Shown piece after piece: positions 8,920 to 17,946 of a stretch of 64,000 nucleotides of DNA. The first letter of the stretch is position 1, and each line of letters begins with the position of its first letter. The translations under genes were made by a program, and so were the position numbers. The notes beneath the pieces are model-generated. The model saw only the letters and a list, made by a program, of their open reading frames with translations, did no database searches and was not told the DNA's origin. Source of the stretch: a virus. The stretch is taken from IMG/VR virus record IMGVR_UViG_3300045988_125866. The stretch is one strand, 5' to 3'.

Positions 8920-9255
8920 ATGGCATTACAATGGAATTGGAAAGACAAGATGGGTAAACTCACCATCAGACAGAAAGGAAAGGAGTTCAACGTAAACATT
9001 TACTCCGGAAACGCTCTTGCTGTATTTGTATATGAATATACAGACGGCGGAAAGGAGATGTACTCGTTGTATGATTTCTTTGCCGACAAGAAACACGTCA
9101 GTAAAATTATCAGTAATCGTAAGAAGTTGATAGACGACGATGTTGTCAAGATTGAGTTGAATCTCTGGTACAAATCTGCGAGAGAGCTTCTTCCGTATCT
9201 CGTCAAGAACGGGTACAAGGTTGAGTGTTATTACAAAGAAACTAAATCCGAATAA
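8920..9255 (+). CDS. hypothetical early protein (111 aa)
   Basis: ORF track. TATTAACCAATAAATTATTAAGAAT-ATG context. Confidence 0.7.
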   Translation: MALQWNWKDKMGKLTIRQKGKEFNVNIYSGNALAVFVYEYTDGGKEMYSLYDFFADKKHVSKIISNRKKLIDDDVVKIELNLWYKSARELLPYLVKNGYKVECYYKETKSE

Positions 9256-9257
9256 TC

Positions 9258-9485
9258 ATGAAGAGATATTACGTATCAGTCACAGAGACTTTAAACAGAG
9301 CAGTCAGCGTTGATGCTGAGAGTGAGAAAGAGGCTGTACAGAAGGTGCAGGATGCCTATAACAATAGTGAAATCATTCTCGATAGCGACGATTTCTGCGG
9401 AGAAACAATAGAGGCAGAAGATGATCAGGGATTCTACGCCGAGTACGAGAAAGAGTACGGCGAGACTTATCAGCACATCGACTAA
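9258..9485 (+). CDS. small acidic protein, DpnD/PcfM-like (75 aa)
   Basis: MKRYYVSVTETLNRAVSVDAESEKEAVQKVQDAYNNSEIILDSDDF matches the YxVxxTEtl...v.a.s.eEA..kv pattern I recall for DpnD/PcfM-type proteins. Paralogous to 14521-14697. Family call is from memory. Confidence 0.55.
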   Translation: MKRYYVSVTETLNRAVSVDAESEKEAVQKVQDAYNNSEIILDSDDFCGETIEAEDDQGFYAEYEKEYGETYQHID

Positions 9486-9536
9486 GCCAAACGGGGGAGA
9501 GTAATCTCCCTACTAATAACCAAAAATATTATAGAT

Positions 9537-9716
9537 ATGAAGAAAATAAAAGTAGGAACGAGGGTATACTGCGACATACATTCCCAATCAAAGGGACACG
9601 TTGTTACTCACGTTTCAGAGGAAAGAGGATTCGCAGGGATTGATAATGAATACTGGTGGCCTATAGACCAGTGCTTCCCTTGCGATGAAGTAACATTGCC
9701 TAAAAAGCGCAGCTAA
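9537..9716 (+). CDS. hypothetical small protein (59 aa), not in ORF track
   Basis: ATG after AATAACCAAAAATATTATAGAT. MKKIKVGTRVYCDIHSQSKGHVVTHVSEERGFAGIDNEYWWPIDQCFPCDEVTLPKKRS. A hairpin gcgcag...ctgcgc straddles the stop. Confidence 0.55.
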   Translation: MKKIKVGTRVYCDIHSQSKGHVVTHVSEERGFAGIDNEYWWPIDQCFPCDEVTLPKKRS

Positions 9717-9749
9717 GGACTGCGCACAATAACCAAAACAAGAAGAATT

Positions 9750-10034
9750 ATGAACAACGTAAGATTTATTCCAGGATACTATGAATGGCATCTCGTTGAT
9801 GAGAAAGACAACGTGCTTCTCAACATTCCAGATGGTATCATTGACGATTGTGAGACAAAGGCTGATTTGGATTTCGTTATAGGAGACATTCCAAGACAGG
9901 CATTGAGAGCAGTCGAAGAAGGGGAAGAGCTCTATGGATGTGACGTAAGCAAATACGTCAGCGACATAGATGATGACTGCGTAGCCAAGCTTATGGCAGA
10001 TACCCTATCAGAATATCTTGGTTTAACAGCCTAA
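9750..10034 (+). CDS. hypothetical acidic early protein (94 aa)
   Basis: ORF track. AATAACCAAAACAAGAAGAATT-ATG context. Confidence 0.7.
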   Translation: MNNVRFIPGYYEWHLVDEKDNVLLNIPDGIIDDCETKADLDFVIGDIPRQALRAVEEGEELYGCDVSKYVSDIDDDCVAKLMADTLSEYLGLTA

Positions 10035-10077
10035 AAGCCGTCGAAAGACGGTACTTCAAACCAAAATAATTAGAATT

Positions 10078-11343
10078 ATGAATGAAGACAAAATCCTAAG
10101 TATGTTCTTCGAGCCGGAGCGGTGGCAGAACGCTATCAGCAAAGGCATAGACAAGGACATGAACAAAGCAACCCTGTATCAGCTCACGACACCAGAGGCT
10201 CGTCTTATTATGTATGAGAGGATTAAAAGTGGCAACTACAAGATAATGCCGCCACATACAGCCAAAATTCCAAAAGACAACGGAGATTTCCGTACTGTCT
10301 ATGTGAATGAGCCTGTAGACAGAATCCTCCTGAGCATAGCCAACGACCTCTTGTTCGAGCTGATGCCAGAGATGGTGCATCCACGCTGTACGTCGTATCA
10401 GAAAGGTATCGGCTGCGGTCGTGTGGTGCAAGATGTGTCTCGGATAATATACTCAGCAGAGGGAAAAGTCATCGGATGGAAAGGTGACTTCTCCAAATAC
10501 TTCGACAGCGTACCTATTCGGTTCATCGATTGGGCGTTTGACAAGGTAGAGGAAAAGTACGGAAAATCTGCGCTGATAGACGTCATTCGTGACTACTATC
10601 ACACAGACTTGTATTTCGATGAGGACAACAACCTCTGCGAGAAGTATCAGTCCCTCAAGCAGGGATGCTCTGTTGCGGCATGGTTGGCTGACGTCATCCT
10701 CTATCATCTTGACGACAAGCTGTCTAAGCTTAACGGATATTACGTCCGCTATTCTGACGATACGCTGTTTGTCGGTGAAGACTATGAGAAAGCCATGGAT
10801 ATCATGAAGAGCGAGCTTGAGATGATGCAGATGACTCTTAACCCGAAGAAGGTTGAGTATCTTGACGCTAATCATTGGTTCAAGTTCCTCGGATATTCCA
10901 TCAAGGGTCACAACATCTCTCTGTCGTCTACTCGCATCAAGACCTTCCAAAAAGAGATTGAGAAGAGGACGATAAAGAAACGTGACACCACGATGACGAA
11001 AGCCATCAATGCCGTAAACAGGTATCTCTACAAGGGGTACTGCGATTATTCCTGGGCTACTCAGGTTCTTCCAGTCATTAACGTGAAAGAGGACATCAAC
11101 AAGCTCAACACCTTCGTCATGGACTGCATCCGTGCGGTAAAGACGGGCAAGAGCAAAGTTGGTGGTCTTGGATACGTGAAGACTCAGGCAGTAGGTTGTA
11201 TAGACCGAGGTCGTGGCAGGAACGTGAAAGCCAACAGGAACAAGACAGAGAGCGAAATCAATGGGTATCTATCAATAGGTTGTGCTCAGAATGCCTTGCG
11301 GACGAGCAGGGCAGCGTACAACACATTGGTGAATACTCTGTAG
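10078..11343 (+). CDS. reverse transcriptase, non-DGR type (retron/group-II-like RT domain only, 421 aa)
   Basis: RT motifs read in the translation: IPKDNGDFRTVYV (1), DRILLSIANDLL (2), GWKGDFSKYFDSV (3), SLKQGCSVAAWLADVIL (4), YVRYSDDTLFV (5, catalytic YxDD), LNPKKV (6), FLGY (7). Lacks the IGxxxSQ DGR signature seen in the second RT. No endonuclease or obvious maturase extension. Exact TTAGAATTATG start. Confidence 0.85.
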   Translation: MNEDKILSMFFEPERWQNAISKGIDKDMNKATLYQLTTPEARLIMYERIKSGNYKIMPPHTAKIPKDNGDFRTVYVNEPVDRILLSIANDLLFELMPEMVHPRCTSYQKGIGCGRVVQDVSRIIYSAEGKVIGWKGDFSKYFDSVPIRFIDWAFDKVEEKYGKSALIDVIRDYYHTDLYFDEDNNLCEKYQSLKQGCSVAAWLADVILYHLDDKLSKLNGYYVRYSDDTLFVGEDYEKAMDIMKSELEMMQMTLNPKKVEYLDANHWFKFLGYSIKGHNISLSSTRIKTFQKEIEKRTIKKRDTTMTKAINAVNRYLYKGYCDYSWATQVLPVINVKEDINKLNTFVMDCIRAVKTGKSKVGGLGYVKTQAVGCIDRGRGRNVKANRNKTESEINGYLSIGCAQNALRTSRAAYNTLVNTL

Positions 11344-12695
11344 ATGTAGCACCAAGCGCAAAGGTTTTGCCGGAATGAAGAGTGATTTAACCATCCGGTC
11401 TCGAATGATGTGGACATATCTCTGATTAGAGATGGTCCAACATCCTCTCCACCAGGATGCTATCAAACTGATAAAGCTATGCGCAGTATCTTCTGACCGA
11501 CAGACTCTGTAACCGAGCACACGGACGTGGGAGAAGGACGGATTATTTATGTCACGCCTCTATGATTATCTTCAGTATGGGCCTCTTTCGCTCAAGTGAT
11601 ACTTGAGACCAAAGGGACCATACTGAAGATACACAAGGCGTGCCTAATCGCAGAAGTACAGAAATGTGCCAGTCCGTATGACTCCCACAGGTGGTGCACA
11701 CCACCACTCCCTGATGAATGGCAGAAGTTTATGCAACAGGTCCCTTAACCAGAGTTCTGGATCCTGGTAACCGTCATAACTATGAGCGGTGACCAGGATC
11801 CTGAATTCTGGCGAATCCTGTGTCAAATCAGAATCATAAAGTATTGTGCCGAGCCATCGGTCAGGGAATTACCAGAGTACGATGGTTGTCTTCGGTTGGG
11901 GAATAAGTTTAAGCGAAGTCTTAATCCATCACGCGTTTCCTGCCAATATCAAGCCGTCAACGCGTATCATCAAGACTTCTTTATCAGAACATTACATTGC
12001 CGTACAAAATTCCCATGTCGAAGACAACGTTATTGCCAAACGAGGTACACAAGGAGGCGGTACGATTTAATACCACGTGATAAAAGCAGATCACTGACAC
12101 TGGGTTATACCCAGGTAAGTGATCTCCTCTCTCACGGGGTTATATCAAAATCATACAGCTATGGCAACGAGCCTTTAAGTGTACCTACAAACTACCAAAA
12201 GTGAATTGCATCACGACTTATCAAGAGTATGAGGTTTACACACCAGCGTTCAATTAGATACGACGCCGCACAATATTGCGGCGTCGTATCCTTATGACGC
12301 TGGTATCATCATAAAACTATATTCATGCAACATAATACATGAGATAAGTCATTCGCATTGCAGCGGTGTCCGACAAGGTTTGACAATTCATCCTACATCC
12401 CTTCGTCGAGAACTCGCAGAGGTGGAGCTTACGCTCCATGAGGGCGACTTCTTGCGAAGTTATGTAGCTAATCGAATGCTTAAAGTCATGCAGCATATCA
12501 AATTGAGTCGGAATAGGTTATTGTGAGCCGAATAGTACGCAAGAAGGAAAGATTTAGACAAACAGTCCGTATCTTCCTGAGTCTTCCAGTTAATTAACTG
12601 TACGACTCAGGATTCACTCGACTGTTTACATCGAGCGCATACAGCAACACAACGTATCCTTTGAGCGTACTGCTATTAACCAATATTTTAGAATT
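11344..12695 (+). ncRNA. candidate large structured non-coding RNA / RT-associated region (1352 nt, no credible ORF)
   Basis: Begins at the RT stop and ends at the junction motif of the next gene. Helices read directly: 11570-11628 (11-bp outer stem plus nested 7-bp stem 11591-11607), 11749-11811 (20-nt arms, 18/20 paired), 12089-12124, 12242-12304 (8-bp outer plus 14-bp perfect inner stem) and 12560-12627 (two nested 8-bp stems). Track ORFs here (e.g. 11782-12204) are R/C-rich and unconvincing. Confidence 0.4.
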
Positions 12696-13154
12696 ATGAT
12701 ATACGAACTAATTATCAACGAGGTTAGGGACGGTGCAAAGTTCACCGTCAACTTTCAGAAGAGAACTTGTAGAGTGAATGGTAAGATTATCGTGAATGAT
12801 ATGCAGTATAATGGCTGGCTTGGCACATTTCCTTCTACGGAGGAAGAAATAATGAGCAAGATAGAGCAGCTATATCAGGAATACAAGCATTCTGTGCCGT
12901 CAGAGCGTTCTGAATCACATCGACACTACTACTTCAAGGCTTTGCCTGAGAAAGAGCTCTCAGACGAAGATATGATGTACGGAGAGCGACGTGAGGTGGC
13001 GAGATGCAGACTGGAGGTGTATGTCCTGTTCTGCATAATTCTTGGACGCCTCACATGGAATCCTTCATGGGGAACGTGGTTCTGGCGTTCTAAAGACGAC
13101 AATGACCTGATCATTCTCAGAGACTGGATTGAGCCAAACAAGGGTGGGGCGTAA
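12696..13154 (+). CDS. hypothetical protein (152 aa)
   Basis: ORF track. Exact TTAGAATTATG start context. Confidence 0.7.
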   Translation: MIYELIINEVRDGAKFTVNFQKRTCRVNGKIIVNDMQYNGWLGTFPSTEEEIMSKIEQLYQEYKHSVPSERSESHRHYYFKALPEKELSDEDMMYGERREVARCRLEVYVLFCIILGRLTWNPSWGTWFWRSKDDNDLIILRDWIEPNKGGA

Positions 13155-13209
13155 GCCTCATCCACAAGATTTAATTAACATTTTAATAACCATTAACAAA
13201 ATTAGAATT

Positions 13210-14277
13210 ATGAAACAGATTGCAACAATCACTGGTGAGAACTTGAACATCGTAACTAACAACGTAGAAGCTACTGGCAAGAAGACCAAGGCGCAGATGC
13301 GAATGGAAGCATTGAAGAGTGCCGGCGTTGATGTAAGTAACTACTACACTCTTGGTGCTGATAAGCTTGTCAGAATCGAGAAAGGCGAGGCTATACCTGT
13401 TGATCTTGACGATGTTGCCGTTGATGCTGTTGGCAAGAAGATTGTCGAGGGCGGATACGTGAACAACTGGAAGCTTTTCCGTCGCTGGGTAACCGCTCAG
13501 ATTTTCGGTATGCTCCGTGACATGAAGTCCGACAAGATGTCTTTCAACGAGCTTTTACAGCGCAAGGGCTACGAGTATCAGTGGCGTATGCTGGAAAACG
13601 AGTTTTACGCTCAGGCCAAGATGCAGGAGCACGGTGACACAGAGAACCTTTCGAAGCGAGAGATTTTCTTCAACGAATGCACATTCTCAGGTATGGTGGA
13701 CGACTATATTGAGAAACTTAAGGCTTACGTTAACGATAATCTTATCTTCCGCAAGGACAAGAACGGATGCAACACAAAAGAGTACAAGCACAGATGCAAG
13801 GGCGTTCCTTATGTTCGTCTGAGCAACAAGGACATCTTTGTTTCAGACTTGATGAAAAAAGTGTATGTTCCTCTGTACAAAATTGCTCGCGACGGATTTG
13901 ACACAACGAACAGACGAGAACTCTACAACCTCGTTAAGAAGTTCAACAAGATTCGCAAGCACCTCGCATGGGAAACCAAGCAGTCCGACACGTTCATCAG
14001 CGCCTACAAGGGTGCGGGTTCTTACTTCGCAATGCGTAACCTCATTATGTTCAGCGAGGCTCGCTTTACAGGCAAGTCCGAAGCGGCATCTCTCCGCAAG
14101 ATAGATACCGATGCTGTCAAGTATGGCGCAGATGAAGAGGGATGGAGAATGCTTGGTGTGCTCAAGCAGCTCATCGCAGAATCCAACATCTCTATCGACG
14201 GAAAGCTGTGCGTTTGGGCTGAGGAGTCCGCTTTCAGAAAGGCGGTAAACAAGGCTTGCAAGGAGTCGGGTAAGTAA
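13210..14277 (+). CDS. hypothetical protein (355 aa)
   Basis: In frame with track ORF 13129-14277. Start moved to the ATG after AACAAAATTAGAATT (exact motif). Confidence 0.7.
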   Translation: MKQIATITGENLNIVTNNVEATGKKTKAQMRMEALKSAGVDVSNYYTLGADKLVRIEKGEAIPVDLDDVAVDAVGKKIVEGGYVNNWKLFRRWVTAQIFGMLRDMKSDKMSFNELLQRKGYEYQWRMLENEFYAQAKMQEHGDTENLSKREIFFNECTFSGMVDDYIEKLKAYVNDNLIFRKDKNGCNTKEYKHRCKGVPYVRLSNKDIFVSDLMKKVYVPLYKIARDGFDTTNRRELYNLVKKFNKIRKHLAWETKQSDTFISAYKGAGSYFAMRNLIMFSEARFTGKSEAASLRKIDTDAVKYGADEEGWRMLGVLKQLIAESNISIDGKLCVWAEESAFRKAVNKACKESGK

Positions 14278-14520
14278 CAACACCTAAGGTTTGTCGCCTT
14301 TTTCCCGATGGCCTGGCATTACGGTTTACAAGAGCTTCTTGTATCGCCTTCCGCATCCGGTAGAATCAACCGGTACAGAAGGCGAGCATAAAGCTCTCCG
14401 GATCAAAACGCTAAAGCAAGACACCAAACCAGGAATCGAGAAAACTTTTTGCCGAAAAGGTCGGTTGTTCCTTAATCAGCAACCGACTGCAATTCATTAA
14501 CCAATTAAAATTTTAGAATT
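14278..14520 (+). other. ORF-free structured spacer (243 nt)
   Basis: Hairpins tacaag/cttgta (about 14326-14342), atccgg/ccggat (about 14354-14402) and gtcggttg/caaccgac (14460-14487). Ends in the junction motif. Confidence 0.3.
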
Positions 14521-14697
14521 ATGAGTAAGTATTTTGTAGGTATCAGCGAGACAACGAAGGGTTGGGCGGAAGTAGAGGCGGACAACGTAGAACAAGCCAA
14601 GGCTAAAGCTTATGAGGCATGGAGTAACGGAGAGGCTTTTATGGACGAGAAGAACTCTGAATGTTCCGTTGAGTGTACCTATCTGAAAAGCCTGTAA
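14521..14697 (+). CDS. small acidic protein, DpnD/PcfM-like (58 aa), not in ORF track
   Basis: Exact TTAGAATTATG. MSKYFVGISETTKGWAEVEADNVEQAKAKAYEAWSNGEAFMDEKNSECSVECTYLKSL, a paralogue of 9258-9485. Confidence 0.55.
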   Translation: MSKYFVGISETTKGWAEVEADNVEQAKAKAYEAWSNGEAFMDEKNSECSVECTYLKSL

Positions 14698-14758
14698 ACG
14701 GTTCTCTGTGCCCGACAAGCACAGAAACCACAATTATTAACCAAAAAACTATAAAGAT

Positions 14759-15160
14759 ATGAATACAGATAAAGATGGATATGATGTTATCAAAAGTCTG
14801 CGCCCTGCGCCTGTTGATCAGACGAACGTCCTGGAAGACAGAATTCTTGACCTGTTGTTCGATGGCAGCAGATACGTACAGGAAAACCACAAGGCCGTTG
14901 GTTTTATCTACAGCCTTCCTACTTTGACCTCTGTTTACGACAACTGCCTTACCGTCACTCTTATTCCAAACAACTGTCCAGAAGAGGAGGTTGATGCATG
15001 GGCTCTTCAGGTTGTCAACTCTATCAATGTCCAGTGTTTGGATGAGGTGAGGAAGTTTGAATACGTAAGCCTGTTCAATTTCAACTTCGTCGATGGACTC
15101 GTATGCACTTACATAGTTACACGAGGTGTCGTCGAGTTCCAGTTTCATTTCACAGACTAA
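14759..15160 (+). CDS. hypothetical protein (133 aa)
   Basis: ORF track. TATTAACCAAAAAACTATAAAGAT-ATG. Stop in TAAGCCAAAA plus hairpin. Confidence 0.65.
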   Translation: MNTDKDGYDVIKSLRPAPVDQTNVLEDRILDLLFDGSRYVQENHKAVGFIYSLPTLTSVYDNCLTVTLIPNNCPEEEVDAWALQVVNSINVQCLDEVRKFEYVSLFNFNFVDGLVCTYIVTRGVVEFQFHFTD

Positions 15161-15228
15161 GCCAAAACCGGGCTGTGAGTTATACAACTCCAGCCTTCCA
15201 TTGTCTAACCATTTAAATATTTTGAATT

Positions 15229-15663
15229 ATGACAACAGTAAGAAAAGCAACAAAAATCCTGAAAGCTTCCGATATCATGAAGAAGAAGGGCATCGTCCAG
15301 AAGCAGATGGACATGAGTAAGTTCAATGAGGTCGTGGAGGATTTCTTTATGACCCACGAACCAAAGGAAACAATTCTCCTCACTCCGAAAAGATTTATCG
15401 AGATGGACAACCCTCCAGAAGGTGACTTCATCGACTATCTCGACGTGAGCGTGTGGGAGAAGAAATGCGATGATCCAGACGATCCGTTTGACTTTATAGA
15501 CTATCAGTGCATGAAAAAGAACGGAACACTACGTCCGATGCTTATTGTCAACGAGCCTTTCATCGGAAATGCTGCTGGGTGGCTGAGAGATTTTTGTGGA
15601 TTCACTGTAAAGAGCAGAACACGAAAGAAAAAGAAAGAATACATCGTGTCTCTGCCGGTGTAA
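15229..15663 (+). CDS. hypothetical protein (144 aa)
   Basis: ORF track. CTAACCATTTAAATATTTTGAATT-ATG. Stop followed by AAGCCAAAC plus hairpin. Confidence 0.7.
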   Translation: MTTVRKATKILKASDIMKKKGIVQKQMDMSKFNEVVEDFFMTHEPKETILLTPKRFIEMDNPPEGDFIDYLDVSVWEKKCDDPDDPFDFIDYQCMKKNGTLRPMLIVNEPFIGNAAGWLRDFCGFTVKSRTRKKKKEYIVSLPV

Positions 15664-15729
15664 AAGCCAAACAAGGCGTGGAACATTATTGTTTCACGCT
15701 TCTATTATTAACCAATTAAAATAGAAATT

Positions 15730-15888
15730 ATGGAAGAAAAAATCGAAAAATTCAAGGAATTGATGGAAGCAAAGCATAACTGCCAGTTTTGCCTTGACAA
15801 CGCTACAGGAAGTGCGGATATGCACGGGTTAGTGTATTGGGCAGAGAGAGTCGAGAAATTGAGAGAGGAGGTGTCAGAGCTGTTGTAG
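15730..15888 (+). CDS. hypothetical small protein (52 aa), not in ORF track
   Basis: ATG after TATTAACCAATTAAAATAGAAATT. MEEKIEKFKELMEAKHNCQFCLDNATGSADMHGLVYWAERVEKLREEVSELL. Confidence 0.55.
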   Translation: MEEKIEKFKELMEAKHNCQFCLDNATGSADMHGLVYWAERVEKLREEVSELL

Positions 15889-15944
15889 TCAAACAAAACC
15901 GTTACGTAATGTAGCGGTTTCTACAAACCAAAATATTAAGAATT

Positions 15945-16466
15945 ATGGATAGAAAAGAGTTAAAGAAAGAGATTGTCGAGTTATGTTCAACTGTAAAGAT
16001 TGAGCTTGCATGCACCATTCGTGAGATCATGAGGGAGTACAACGTACAGAAGAAAGAGCTTGGCTGGCCTGTAGTTATCAACAATAGCAGTTATGTAGAT
16101 GTCGTAGAGGTAGGCAGTAGTGATACTGACATTCCGGTTTTCACCATAAGTGTCGGTGCTGGCTGTTACAAAGAGTATCACAAGGTAAGAGCATTTGATG
16201 ATTGTGTGTCGATTGAGCTCCTCGCTGATATTACGACCGGGCTGAATAACGAATTGGGCGGCTACGTCGGCACTTATGTAGCAAAGTACAGATTCCTCTA
16301 TGAAGATGGGGCTACTGCCGACATGGATGAGCCTTATATATTTCTTGCAGAATCAGAAAAAGACGCAGAAGATAAGGCATGCGACTATGCGGAGGTATGG
16401 AACAACTGGAATGATGATACGATAGAACTCGTGTCAGTCGAGAAACGGGTTGATTCTAAAGGTTAA
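15945..16466 (+). CDS. hypothetical acidic protein (173 aa)
   Basis: ORF track. CAAACCAAAATATTAAGAATT-ATG context. Confidence 0.7.
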   Translation: MDRKELKKEIVELCSTVKIELACTIREIMREYNVQKKELGWPVVINNSSYVDVVEVGSSDTDIPVFTISVGAGCYKEYHKVRAFDDCVSIELLADITTGLNNELGGYVGTYVAKYRFLYEDGATADMDEPYIFLAESEKDAEDKACDYAEVWNNWNDDTIELVSVEKRVDSKG

Positions 16467-16489
16467 ATTAGCGTTAAAAACGGCAAAGG

Positions 16490-16522
16490 TTTGGTTTATA
16501 CTGAAAAATATCAATAACTTTG
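16490..16522 (+). promoter_or_regulatory. Bacteroidota sigma-AB-type promoter for the recombinase gene
   Basis: TTTG (16490-16493), 21-nt spacer, TAACTTTG (16515-16522). Matches the TTTG/TAnnTTTG consensus and lies 31 nt upstream of ATG 16553. Confidence 0.6.
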
Positions 16523-16552
16523 CTGTCAATCTAACCAAAATATTTTAGAATT

Positions 16553-17563
16553 ATGAAAGAGATTCATTTAAAAACAAGAGACTGGGAGAGGCTTCTCACC
16601 TACGAACAGCAGCAGAAGTACAAGTATGCGATAAAACAGGGGTGGTTCTCAGACTATCACGGTTCTTCGTGGCGGCATGATACCTTTTATGGCGCATATA
16701 TCTGGAAACACCCTAAGTATATCAATGTTGTACGCACATTTTCCGATCTTGTTGGGCACAAGCCACTGTGGTCCGACGTAACAGACGACAATCTTCGTGA
16801 CTTGACCGAAAAAATACAGGAACTATACGCTCCTAACTCTTCAAGAACGATATGCGCTACTATAAAAGCTGTCATAAGGGAGAACGACGAGAAGGGCATA
16901 CGGAGCAGCAAGTTCGACTCTATACTTAGGGTTAAACGGGTTCCTGTTCAGGCTGTATATCTTGATGATAACGAGATACAGAGCCTTATCGACTATATCC
17001 CTCACGGATCTGTTGAGCGGTACGTTAAGCGAATGTTCATGCTTGAATGTTTGTGCGGTGCCCGTCTGAGCGATTGTCACAACATCACGCCCGAGAATAT
17101 TGATGATACAGGGAAATATATCGTATATGTTGCGCAGAAAACAAAAGCGGAGGTGAGAGTTCCTCTTCACAAGAAGCTACGGCCATTCCTTGTATGTGGG
17201 ACAGCAGACGAGCCTGTTGGCGGAGTTGTTGACGTTTACTTCAACAAGGTTCTGCGAGAAATATGTAGCAACTGCGGAATCGATACTCGTGTAAAGGTAT
17301 TCAAATGCGGTAAGTACGAGTCTGGACCTAAATACAAGTTCGTGTCTTCGCATACGGGCAGGCGCTCGTTTGCTACTAATTTATCAAAGAAGGGCGTACC
17401 GGTCGAGCAGATTGCAATCATGATGGGGCACGCCAACGGAGGCAAGCCAAATATCGAAATGACACAGCGTTACATTGTGGGAAAGACCAATATTGACACA
17501 AGAACCTTGCGCGTTTTCGGTATTTACGACGATGATTACAATAGCGTCGGCGATGAATGCTAA
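16553..17563 (+). CDS. tyrosine recombinase (phage-integrase family, 336 aa), second recombinase of the element
   Basis: Catalytic signature: GARLSD (Arg I), SSHTGRRSFATNL (His-x-x-Arg), MMGH, TQRYI (Tyr). Exact TTAGAATTATG start plus its own promoter. Confidence 0.8.
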   Translation: MKEIHLKTRDWERLLTYEQQQKYKYAIKQGWFSDYHGSSWRHDTFYGAYIWKHPKYINVVRTFSDLVGHKPLWSDVTDDNLRDLTEKIQELYAPNSSRTICATIKAVIRENDEKGIRSSKFDSILRVKRVPVQAVYLDDNEIQSLIDYIPHGSVERYVKRMFMLECLCGARLSDCHNITPENIDDTGKYIVYVAQKTKAEVRVPLHKKLRPFLVCGTADEPVGGVVDVYFNKVLREICSNCGIDTRVKVFKCGKYESGPKYKFVSSHTGRRSFATNLSKKGVPVEQIAIMMGHANGGKPNIEMTQRYIVGKTNIDTRTLRVFGIYDDDYNSVGDEC

Positions 17564-17613
17564 ACAGAGAGGAGGGTATAACCTCCCTCGCTATTAACTA
17601 AAACTTTACAAAT

Positions 17614-17937
17614 ATGGATTACGGAGAAGAATACAAAGAGAAGTTGGCCAACCTTGGCAGGTGGCAGCTTTTGAGAGAAGCAAATAAAATGAGAAGAAAA
17701 CTTTTAGCGTTTTCCGAACTTGGGGATGTTGATAAAGCATTTAAAAACCTCAACGAGAATGAATGGTTGAAGAACGTTATTGATGCAAAGAGAAGACAGA
17801 TCGGCATTGCGAGAAGTTTAATAATGGACGAGCTCGAAAAGAGGGGTATTGATACAGGAGGTAAGTATCTAACAATGCTTACGGCCCTGAAAATCCTTCT
17901 TGGCATCGAGCAGTTCAGAGATAATAACCACAAATAA
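17614..17937 (+). CDS. hypothetical protein (107 aa)
   Basis: ORF track. CTATTAACTAAAACTTTACAAAT-ATG. Confidence 0.65.
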   Translation: MDYGEEYKEKLANLGRWQLLREANKMRRKLLAFSELGDVDKAFKNLNENEWLKNVIDAKRRQIGIARSLIMDELEKRGIDTGGKYLTMLTALKILLGIEQFRDNNHK

Positions 17938-17946
17938 TTTAGAATT

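Noticed and set aside
10078-12695. Group II intron
   Set aside because: There is no room for domains I-III upstream of the RT (43-nt spacer carrying the standard junction motif). There is no GUGYG 5' end, and I could not find a domain-V-like 34-nt hairpin (the closest word, gagccgaatagtacg at about 12525, does not fold). The RT lacks an obvious X/En tail.
10078-12695. Second DGR using the first RT
   Set aside because: The RT lacks the IGxxxSQ motif. The downstream region has no AAC/AAT-rich tract. I could not find any second copy of a segment of it elsewhere in the window. This should still be checked by self-alignment.
11344-12695. Stop-codon recoding (TAG or TGA reassigned) hiding a gene in the ORF-free regions
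   Set aside because: Reading through from the RT frame meets both TAG and TGA repeatedly, and TAA occurs in other frames. All three stops terminate well-defined neighbouring genes that are followed by the junction motif.
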